From positions 6,350-70,349 of the forward strand of contig BLLU01000197.1 in NCBI GenBank assembly GCA_011959105.1: DNA of 64,000 nucleotides. The letters run 5' to 3'. Origin of the DNA: Lachnospiraceae bacterium. GTDB lineage: Bacteria > Bacillota > Clostridia > Lachnospirales > Lachnospiraceae. A model generated the notes under the pieces. It did no database searches, was not told where the DNA came from, and worked only from the letters and a program-made list of their open reading frames with translations. Of the stretch, positions 8,475 through 16,056 are shown one piece after another (the first letter of the stretch is position 1; the number at the start of each line of letters is the position of its first letter). The translations under genes were made by a program, and so were the position numbers.

Positions 8475-9983
8475 CTAATAAATTGCTTTGTTCTCCGCCG
8501 CCGTCAAATCAAGTTCATCCATCTCTAATTCCACATTAATATGCTTAAACTTATTTGATTTAAGTTTTGAAAGCAACACGATACTTTCCACATTCGCCGT
8601 CCAGGGAAACTGATCCACCGCCACAGCCCTCTCCACATGATATCCGCCCTCCAGAAACGCTTCCAGGTCTCGGGCCAGGCTGGTGGGCTTGCAGGAGATA
8701 TAGACAATCCGCTCCACACCATAGCCGATGATCTTAGGCAGTGCCTTGGGATGGATGCCGTCCCGGGGCGGGTCCAGGATGATCATATCCGGCTTCTCCG
8801 TCAGACCGTCCAGCACCTTCAGCACATCCCCGGCAATAAACGCGCAGTTCCCCAGGCCGTTCAGCGACGCGTTTTCCCTGGCAGCCTCTACAGCCTCCTC
8901 CACAATCTCCACGCCGATTACCCGGTCTGCTGCCGCCGCCATCAGTTGGGCAATGGTGCCGGTACCGCTGTACAGATCATAAAGCAGCTTTCCGCCCTCC
9001 AGTTCCCCCACATATTCCCTGGCCGTCTCATACAGCACTTCCGCGCTGTAGGTATTGGTCTGGAAAAAGGAAAAAGTCGAGATCCTGAAACGCAGTCCCA
9101 GCAGTTCCTCATAGATGTAGTCACGCCCATAGAGAATCTCGGTGTGATCGCTCTGTACCACATCCGCCAAAGAGTCATTGGTAATATGTAAAATACCTGT
9201 CAATGTCCCTTTCAGCTCTCCCCGCTCCTGCATTTGAAGCAGGCATTCCCGATAACCTGCCGCCAGCTTCCGAATCTCTTCCGAATCTCCCGGCTGCCCA
9301 TAGACACCGTCCACAGGAGCCTGGGAAGAAGTCACCAATGCCACCAGAATCTCCCCCGTCCTGGCAGCTTTTCTCACCAGCAGATGCCGCAGAAATCCCT
9401 GATGCCGCATCTTGTGGTGGAAGCTGGTGCCCTGCTCCCGAAAATAGGCCAATGTGCCGCACAAAATCCTTCGGTAATCCTCATCCACAATTTTGCAGTC
9501 TTTCACATGCACCACATCATACATGCTGCCCCGTTTATGCATGCCCAGGGACAGGGGACCATCCTTTACTTCGTCCCCGAAGGAAAATTCCATCTTGTTG
9601 CGGTAGGCATAAGGCCGGGGGCTTCCCTTGATGCCCTCCCACCGCCAGGGTTCCTGCTGCCCCTCCAGTGCCCGGTCCAACATCTCCTTCACCTGCCGCT
9701 CCTTGATCTGCAGCTGCTCCTCATAGGGCAGGGACAGATACGTACAGCCTCCGCACAAGCCAAAATGGGAACACGGTTCTCCGGTTTCCAGAGAGGATGT
9801 TTCCAACACCTCCAGAAGCCGGGCTTCCGCCTTCCCATGTCGCACTTTGTTTACAAGAAAAGAAATCTTTTGTCCGGGCAGGCTGTTCTTCACCACGCAG
9901 GTCTCCTCCCCGGCCCTTACTATGCCTTTGTTCGGAAACTCCACACGTTCCACAATTCCGATATACACCTGTCCTTTTTTCAT
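8475..9983 (-). CDS. rlmD: 23S rRNA (uracil-C5)-methyltransferase RlmD/RumA (TRAM + Fe-S Cys cluster + SAM MTase)
   Basis: TRAM-like N-terminus (VYIGIVERVEFPNKGIVRAGE), a Cys cluster (CSHFGLCGGCTY), SAM motifs (LYDLYSGTGTIAQ, DPPRDG) and catalytic YISCKP. The start is placed at ATG 9983. Confidence 0.85.
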   Translation of the reverse strand: MKKGQVYIGIVERVEFPNKGIVRAGEETCVVKNSLPGQKISFLVNKVRHGKAEARLLEVLETSSLETGEPCSHFGLCGGCTYLSLPYEEQLQIKERQVKEMLDRALEGQQEPWRWEGIKGSPRPYAYRNKMEFSFGDEVKDGPLSLGMHKRGSMYDVVHVKDCKIVDEDYRRILCGTLAYFREQGTSFHHKMRHQGFLRHLLVRKAARTGEILVALVTSSQAPVDGVYGQPGDSEEIRKLAAGYRECLLQMQERGELKGTLTGILHITNDSLADVVQSDHTEILYGRDYIYEELLGLRFRISTFSFFQTNTYSAEVLYETAREYVGELEGGKLLYDLYSGTGTIAQLMAAAADRVIGVEIVEEAVEAARENASLNGLGNCAFIAGDVLKVLDGLTEKPDMIILDPPRDGIHPKALPKIIGYGVERIVYISCKPTSLARDLEAFLEGGYHVERAVAVDQFPWTANVESIVLLSKLKSNKFKHINVELEMDELDLTAAENKAIY

Positions 9984-10036
9984 GATTACCCCTACCCGCA
10001 TACCGCAGTCTGTCTGCGGCATCGCGTCACTCCGTA

Positions 10037-10285
10037 TTAGTTCTCTCCTTCATCTTCGAAGATGTCTTCCTCGTCGTCCTCATCCTCAAACTCGTCCTCG
10101 AACTCATCTTCAAAGTCCTCCAGATAAGTGGGGGTAAAGTAGCGGTACACCGCATAAGCGATAGCGGCCACAGCAGCCACCGCGCCGATGATGGCCAGGA
10201 CCCACACCAGTGTATTGCCCTTCTTGTCTTCTTCCTTCTTGCTGCCCAGCAGTTCGCCCAATTTCTTTAATTCTGTCATATTCAT
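10037..10285 (-). CDS. Small single-pass membrane protein with a poly-acidic C-terminal tail
   Basis: One TM helix (LVWVLAIIGAVAAVAAIAYAVY) is followed by EDFEDEFEDEFEDEDDEEDIFEDEGEN. No family recognised. Confidence 0.55.
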   Translation of the reverse strand: MNMTELKKLGELLGSKKEEDKKGNTLVWVLAIIGAVAAVAAIAYAVYRYFTPTYLEDFEDEFEDEFEDEDDEEDIFEDEGEN

Positions 10286-10414
10286 ATCACAGTCATCCTT
10301 TCTGATATGTTATTAAGTATTGCTGCCTTGTTTCCATGCGCCCCGGCGCATATTCCATTCAACAAATAAAATGCGATGCTTTTGATTTATTATACCACAA
10401 ACCCAATCAATTTA

Positions 10415-12667
10415 CTACACTTTTTTTAGTTTTGCAAAAGAAGCGTACATGATTTTCTGCCCGGCCTTTTCAAAGGTCACCGTGACCTTGTAATCCCTGG
10501 GCTCCTTGGCAATCTGCAGCACCGTACCCTCTCCGTATTTCAGGTGGCGGACCCTGTCTCCTTCCCGGTACTCCAGTTCTCCCAGAGTCTCCATGCTGTC
10601 CCCTTTGGTGATTCCGGCAATCTTGTTCAGGCCGCCGATGCCCTGGGCAATATAGGGCTTGTTCTCCTTGGGTGTCACCCTGGGCCGCAGGATGGCTTTG
10701 GGGCGGAAATCCCCCGGCTCCATGGCCCTGGTTTGGGGCGGCGTATTGTCCATCAGTTCCCCGGGGATCTCCTGTACAAACCGACTCACGGGATTGTACT
10801 GGTTTTCCCCCCGGATCATACGGCTGCGGGCACAGGTCAGAGTCAATTCCTCCCGGGCCCTGGTGATGCCCACATAGGCCAGCCTGCGCTCCTCCTCCAG
10901 ATCCCCGGGATCGTCTGAACTGATGCACATATAGCTGGGAAACAGTCCGTCCTCCATGCCTGCCAGATACACACAGGGGAATTCCAGTCCTTTGGCACTG
11001 TGCAGCGTCATCAGCACGATGCGGTCCGCACCATTCTCCAGGCTGTCGATATCGGCCACCAGCGCAATCTCTTCCAAAAACTCGCTCAGGGAAATCTCGT
11101 CATGGGTCTGTTCGTAGAACACGGCCCTGTTCAGAAATTCCTCCACATTCTCCATTCGGTCATTGGCGTCCTCATCGTCCAGGTCCTGCAAATATGCCCC
11201 ATAGTCTATGGTGTCCATGATCTCATGAATCATATCCACGATGCCATAATATTTCGCCTTGGCCTTGAACACCTGGATCATCTTCACAAATGGTTCCAGC
11301 TTGGCCGCCGCCCTGCCCAGGCTGGTGATCTGGTCCATTTGCTCCAGCGCCTGGTAAAACGTGATACCCCGCATATCCGCATAACTCTGTACCTTGTCCA
11401 GTGTGGCATTGCCTATGCCCCGTTTGGGCACATTGATAATCCGCTTCACGGCCAGGTCATCCCTGCCGTTGTCGATGGTCTTCAGGTAGGCCAGAATATC
11501 CTTGATCTCCCGGCGCGCGTAGAAATTGATGCCGCCCACCACCTTGTAGGGCATACCGTCCACCACCAGACGTTCCTCCAGCGCCCGGGACTGGGCGTTG
11601 GTGCGATAAAGAATGGCACAGTCACCATAGTGCGCCTGGCCCTTCCGCACCCGGGCAGCGATATCGTCGGAAATATATTCTGCCTCTTCATAGCCGTTGT
11701 CAAACTGCCGGAAATGGATTCTGCTTCCCTGCTCTTTCGCCGTCCAAAGCGTTTTTTCCTTGCGCCCTCGATTGTTGCGGATTACTGCATTGGCCACATC
11801 CAGTATATTGCCGGTGGATCGGTAATTCTGCTCCAGCTTGATAACTTTTGCCTCCGGGTACACTTTCTCATAATCCAGAATATTACGGATATTCGCCCCC
11901 CGGAACTTGTAGATGGACTGGTCGTCGTCGCCCACCACGCAGAGATTGCGGTACTTGTCCGCCAACAGCCTTATCAGTTCAAACTGCGCCGTGTTGGTGT
12001 CCTGATACTCGTCCACCATGATATAGCGAAATCTCTCCTGATACTGGTTCAGCACCTCCGGACAGCTTTTCAGCAGTTCCACCGTCATAACCAGCAGATC
12101 GTCAAAATCCAGCGCATTGCTCTTTTTCAGTTCCCGCTGATACTCCTTATAGCATGCTGCTATCTTTTTTTTCTGAAAATCTCCCATGGCCTGCAGTTCA
12201 TATTCCGTGGGGGAGAGCAGTTCATTTTTGGCGGAGGAGATGGCGGACAGCACCGACCGCTCCTTCAAAGTCTTGGTGTCGATCATCTGCCTCTTGCACA
12301 CGTCTTTGATGATGGATTTCTGATCGTCCGTGTCATAGATGGTAAAGTGGTTGTCATACCCCAGCTTATCTATATATCTGCGCAGAATACGCACACAGGT
12401 GGAATGGAAAGTGGACACCCACACCTGGTCCGCGCCGAAGCCCACGATCTGGTCTACCCTCTCCCGCATCTCTCCCGCCGCCTTGTTGGTGAAGGTGATG
12501 GCCAGGATATTCCAGGGATTCACCCCCATCTGGTCAATCAGGTACGCGATCCGATGGGTCAGCACCCTGGTCTTGCCGGAGCCAGCTCCTGCCAGCAGCA
12601 ACAGCGGCCCCTCGGTGGTCAGTACCGCCTCTTTCTGTTCCTTATTTAATGTATCGTATATACTCAT
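10415..12667 (-). CDS. pcrA: ATP-dependent DNA helicase PcrA (UvrD family)
   Basis: Walker A AGAGSGKT, motif DEYQDT, and VGDDDQSIYKFRGA, in a 750-aa protein. Confidence 0.9.
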   Translation of the reverse strand: MSIYDTLNKEQKEAVLTTEGPLLLLAGAGSGKTRVLTHRIAYLIDQMGVNPWNILAITFTNKAAGEMRERVDQIVGFGADQVWVSTFHSTCVRILRRYIDKLGYDNHFTIYDTDDQKSIIKDVCKRQMIDTKTLKERSVLSAISSAKNELLSPTEYELQAMGDFQKKKIAACYKEYQRELKKSNALDFDDLLVMTVELLKSCPEVLNQYQERFRYIMVDEYQDTNTAQFELIRLLADKYRNLCVVGDDDQSIYKFRGANIRNILDYEKVYPEAKVIKLEQNYRSTGNILDVANAVIRNNRGRKEKTLWTAKEQGSRIHFRQFDNGYEEAEYISDDIAARVRKGQAHYGDCAILYRTNAQSRALEERLVVDGMPYKVVGGINFYARREIKDILAYLKTIDNGRDDLAVKRIINVPKRGIGNATLDKVQSYADMRGITFYQALEQMDQITSLGRAAAKLEPFVKMIQVFKAKAKYYGIVDMIHEIMDTIDYGAYLQDLDDEDANDRMENVEEFLNRAVFYEQTHDEISLSEFLEEIALVADIDSLENGADRIVLMTLHSAKGLEFPCVYLAGMEDGLFPSYMCISSDDPGDLEEERRLAYVGITRAREELTLTCARSRMIRGENQYNPVSRFVQEIPGELMDNTPPQTRAMEPGDFRPKAILRPRVTPKENKPYIAQGIGGLNKIAGITKGDSMETLGELEYREGDRVRHLKYGEGTVLQIAKEPRDYKVTVTFEKAGQKIMYASFAKLKKV

Positions 12668-12839
12668 AAATGCATCAATCCTCTTACTTGCCTAAGACTC
12701 TCACCTGTCGACCGGCAAATCCCGCTTCTCCCGGATGCCGAACCCACAACGCTGAAAACTCTTTCACAAACCATCTCTCTCCTGTTTCAATCCGTTACTC
12801 AATCCGCTTTTATCCTGCTTTCCCTCCGCTGCTCTGCCC

Positions 12840-13601
12840 TTACACTGCCTCCACATCCGTGAAATTCCAGACCCTGATGTTGAATTCCAGCACCGGGCTG
12901 TCACAGTAGGCACAGGTCTTGGCTCCCAGGGAAGACAGAGGAGCGCCGCAGTTGGGACAAACCATGGCCAGACCCGCATCCGAAAGGTTTTCCACCTGCT
13001 CCTGGTCCTGGATATAGCTGACTTCCACATTGTACTTGGCCTGTTCCAGCCGTTCCCTGTGTCCCTTTATGACTGCGGAGTTCTGTTCCTGATAATGAAT
13101 ATGTTCTGCCGCCGTCTGGAATACGATGCTGCAGCGCCCCTTGTCCTTGCGGTATTTATGGATTTCCGTTTTATGTACCTTGATTCGCTCATAATGCTCC
13201 CTGATTCCCGCGCCCCGGAGCATCTCAATGCGCATATCCAGCTTTTCCCGCAGTTCCCGGGTTCCCTCTGTCAGCAGGCGGCTGTTGCCGGCATCAACAC
13301 CTCTCAGATAGGAGGTGAGTACATTCTCCGCCCTGCTCTTCATCTCCTCCAGATGAAATTCCGGAAAGTCTTTCATAATCCTGGGCAGATACAGCCCCGT
13401 GGCAGAGGACACAGATTTGGGTGTGGAGGCATACTCCATCTCCATCTGCTGCACACCTTTCCGCACATTCTCGGTCCCGAACAGCATACGACTGTAATGC
13501 CTGACTGTATCCCGGATCTTGCGGTAAGCCAGGTAGATAATCCCCGCCAACACCAGCAGCAGGACCAGTATCACTATAATCCCGATTATTTTACCATTCA
13601 T
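12840..13601 (-). CDS. Membrane-anchored protein with a C-terminal zinc ribbon (Tim44-like region possible)
   Basis: N-terminal TM helix (IIGIIVILVLLLVLAGIIYLAY) and C-terminal CPNCGAPLSSLGAKTCAYCDSP. The start is placed at ATG 13601. Confidence 0.6.
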   Translation of the reverse strand: MNGKIIGIIVILVLLLVLAGIIYLAYRKIRDTVRHYSRMLFGTENVRKGVQQMEMEYASTPKSVSSATGLYLPRIMKDFPEFHLEEMKSRAENVLTSYLRGVDAGNSRLLTEGTRELREKLDMRIEMLRGAGIREHYERIKVHKTEIHKYRKDKGRCSIVFQTAAEHIHYQEQNSAVIKGHRERLEQAKYNVEVSYIQDQEQVENLSDAGLAMVCPNCGAPLSSLGAKTCAYCDSPVLEFNIRVWNFTDVEAV

Positions 13602-13776
13602 CCCATCCCGTCCCCACACTTTTCCATACCGCAGCAATCCGGGCCATACCCGGCTCGTCACGGCAGGCAATCCGCCGTTCCGTCCCCCTGTCCCAGAGCT
13701 GCGACCTCCCGGCGCAAAAACGCCGGCGCAGCCGGATGGCCTCGCCAGCGCTTATCTGTCCTACTCTCAGGAAATC

Positions 13777-15138
13777 CTATGACACGATATCGCCGTCGTC
13801 AAATATGTCTCCGCACTCCGGACAGAATTTGGGCGGATGAGCCGGATCCTCGGGCTCCCAGCCGCATTTGTCACATTTGTAAACAGGCGCGCCCGCGGGC
13901 TTCTTGCTGCCGCATTCCGTGCAGAATCTGCCCTGGTTCACCGCACCGCAGCTGCAGGTCCAGCCTGCGTTGTCCGGCTTGCGGCTGCCGCACTCCTCAC
14001 AGAATTTACCGATGTTGCCCGCCTTTCCGCAGCTGCAGGTCCACCCCAATACCGGCGCAGCCTGTGTACGGGAACGCTCCTGAGCGGGAGCCTGCTGACG
14101 GGCCTGAGCCTGCTGCTGCGCCTGGGCCTGTTGCTGGGCGCCCATGGCATACAGTGCATTGGCATCAAAACCGCCTGCCTGATTCGCCATATTCATGCCC
14201 GCAAACGCCATCATGGGCCCGGTGGAGGTATTGGAGGCAGCTGCCTTCATGGCCTCGGCCTGGGCTCCCACCAATGTGGCAGCGGCCATATTGGCATTGC
14301 GCATCACGGCAGTCTTCTGCAGATCCTTGATCATCTTCTCGTCATCGTCAGGGATCTTCACGCTGTTGAAGCCGATAGAGACGATCTCAATACCCCGCAG
14401 ATTGCTCCATTTCTCGCTGAGCACCTCATTCAGGGCCTGGGCCATGGTCTCCGTATTGCCCGCCAGTTCATAATAGCGGATACCCATGGCGGAAATCTTG
14501 GCCAGCGCCGGCTGCAGGGCCGTCAGAAGTTCTGTTTTCAAAGTGGCCAGCAGTTGGGATTTGTCATAGTCCTGGGTCACATTGCCGCACACATTCTTAT
14601 AAAAAAGCAGGGGATCCGTGATCTTAAAGGAATACTGCCCGTTACATTTCACCGATGTATCCACGTCCAGTCCGATGTTGTTGTCCACCACCCGGAAAGG
14701 AATGGGGCTGGCCGTACCGAACAGATTGCCCATGATTTCCTTGATGTTGAAAAAGTACACTCTCTGGTCCTTGCCGGTATCGCCGCCCATGGTAAAGCGC
14801 TTGCCGATACTTTTGAAGGTGTTCATCACATTGTCACCCAGATTGCCGTAAAACAGGCTGGGCTCAGTGGAAGTGTCGTATTCGAACTGACCCGCGTCCG
14901 CGCAGAACTCCACGATTTCCCCCTGGTCCACAATGATCATGCACTGCCCCTCATTGATGGCGATGATGGAACCATTGGAAATAATATTGTCCACACCCTT
15001 GTTGTTTTTGCTATTGGAGCGAACCTTGCCCTTGGTCACCAACACATCATTGGGAAGGGCGTCACAGTAGAAATACTCCCTCCACTGGTCAGCCATCATG
15101 CTGCTGATTGCTTCTTTTGCCGCTCTGATCAAACCCAT
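13777..15138 (-). CDS. SPFH/band-7 domain protein (COG4260-like) with a Q/A-rich linker and three C-terminal zinc ribbons
   Basis: The N-terminal region looks like the COG4260 family (GLIRAAKEAISSMMADQWREYFYCDALPNDVLVTKG...). The tail carries WTCSCGKAGNIGKFCEECG, WTCSCGAVNQGRFCTECG and YKCDKCGW...FCPECG. Confidence 0.75.
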   Translation of the reverse strand: MGLIRAAKEAISSMMADQWREYFYCDALPNDVLVTKGKVRSNSKNNKGVDNIISNGSIIAINEGQCMIIVDQGEIVEFCADAGQFEYDTSTEPSLFYGNLGDNVMNTFKSIGKRFTMGGDTGKDQRVYFFNIKEIMGNLFGTASPIPFRVVDNNIGLDVDTSVKCNGQYSFKITDPLLFYKNVCGNVTQDYDKSQLLATLKTELLTALQPALAKISAMGIRYYELAGNTETMAQALNEVLSEKWSNLRGIEIVSIGFNSVKIPDDDEKMIKDLQKTAVMRNANMAAATLVGAQAEAMKAAASNTSTGPMMAFAGMNMANQAGGFDANALYAMGAQQQAQAQQQAQARQQAPAQERSRTQAAPVLGWTCSCGKAGNIGKFCEECGSRKPDNAGWTCSCGAVNQGRFCTECGSKKPAGAPVYKCDKCGWEPEDPAHPPKFCPECGDIFDDGDIVS

Positions 15139-15156
15139 ATCCCATATCCTCCTTAT

Positions 15157-15363
15157 TATAGTTCCGCATTTTTCCTAACAACACACATTCCTGGCGATTC
15201 ATGTCTCGGCTCTTTCGCGCCGACACATGAATCCGTGCGTTGTCAGGAAAATTGCTGTTTATAGTTCCGCATTTTTCCTGACAACACACATTCCTGGCGA
15301 TTCATGTCCCACCCCGTAAGCGCCGCCGCATAAATCCGTGTTTTGTCCGGGAAGATGCTGTCT
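15157..15363 (-). repeat. Two tandem ~103-nt palindromic repeat units (TAGTTCCGCAT family, copy A)
   Basis: Units at 15157-15259 and 15260-15363 both begin tatagttccgcatttttcct(a/g)acaacacacattcctggcgattcatgtc. Internal arms pair: cctgacaac with gttgtcagg, and attcatgt with acatgaat. Confidence 0.85.
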
Positions 15364-15549
15364 CAAATAATCATTCCCGGTCAGCAATACTGTTTCTATT
15401 TTAGCAGATTATGCCGGATTCCTCAACTGCTTTGTCCCATATTTTACATAAAATATTTTTCTTTACAAAACCACCGGAATCCGATACACTAAAACGGAAA
15501 CCCGTCTGTACCGTCTATTACAGTATACAGCAGTGAGGATAAATACGCC

Positions 15550-16035
15550 ATGAGCAAAAAAGCCACAAAAGCAGCAGATAACATGTACTATCTCGCACGT
15601 TGCGAGGCCGCAGAAAATAACGATGACTTCTCCAGCCGGGAAAAGGCTGCGGAAATCATCGGTATTGACCGTACCCGTCTGGCCAGAATTGAGTTAAATA
15701 CCATCGCCCCCTACCCGGAGGAAGTCAAAGCCATGGCGGAGGCGTACAACACGCCGGAACTCTGCAACTCCTATTGCGCCAAAGAATGTCCCATTGGCCG
15801 GGGCAGCATCCATGAAGTCACCATCGACGACTTTGATCGGCTGGCCCTGAAGGTACTGGGCTCTCTGAAGGACATAGACGGTCTGAGGGCCTCCCTGATC
15901 GCCATATCCGAAGACGGATACATTGACGAAACCGAGAGGCCCGCTTTTCAGCATATATTGGATTCTCTGGAAAAAATCAGCACCAACGCCACGGCGCTGC
16001 GGCTCTGGGCCGAGAAGAACATCCGGCTGAAGTAA
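15550..16035 (+). CDS. XRE-family helix-turn-helix regulator with a CxxxCxxxC motif
   Basis: HTH segment EKAAEIIGIDRTRLARIELN and Cys motif CNSYCAKECPIG. The ATG is at 15550. Confidence 0.65.
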   Translation: MSKKATKAADNMYYLARCEAAENNDDFSSREKAAEIIGIDRTRLARIELNTIAPYPEEVKAMAEAYNTPELCNSYCAKECPIGRGSIHEVTIDDFDRLALKVLGSLKDIDGLRASLIAISEDGYIDETERPAFQHILDSLEKISTNATALRLWAEKNIRLK

Positions 16036-16056
16036 AGGCCGCACGCCCGGTACCCA

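Larger units (their letters stand above)
5165..8595 (-). mobile_element. AT-rich insertion islet at the 3' end of rlmD (integrase-less, possibly a decayed integrative element)
   Basis: Base composition changes abruptly inside rlmD at the NVESIVLLS codons (~8575-8600). A second rlmD-like C-terminus (DEHVETVCLLS, 5290-5320) lies at the other end, just before terminator 5119-5164. The cargo is the AIPR and DUF1016 genes. Confidence 0.4.

Noticed and set aside
8475-8477. TAG read as pyrrolysine or another recoding event
   Set aside because: No pyl genes or recoding signals are visible in the window. Homologous tails, as I recall them, have Glu at this position, so a simple nonsense mutation or a sequencing error is more parsimonious. 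The observation is kept as a finding but not called recoding.
11000-12649. 549-aa plus-strand ORF
   Set aside because: It is the antisense shadow of pcrA, and its product is low-information and His/Gln/Leu-rich.
13059-15264. Plus-strand ORFs 13059..14330 (423 aa) and 13837..15264 (475 aa)
   Set aside because: They are antisense to the zinc-ribbon membrane protein and the SPFH gene. Their composition is implausible (runs of R/P/C/H).
15157-15363. CRISPR array (the units contain GTTTTAGTTCCGC-like strings)
   Set aside because: The units are directly abutting ~103-nt palindromes rather than short repeats separated by unique spacers. The other copies are solitary, and no cas genes are present.
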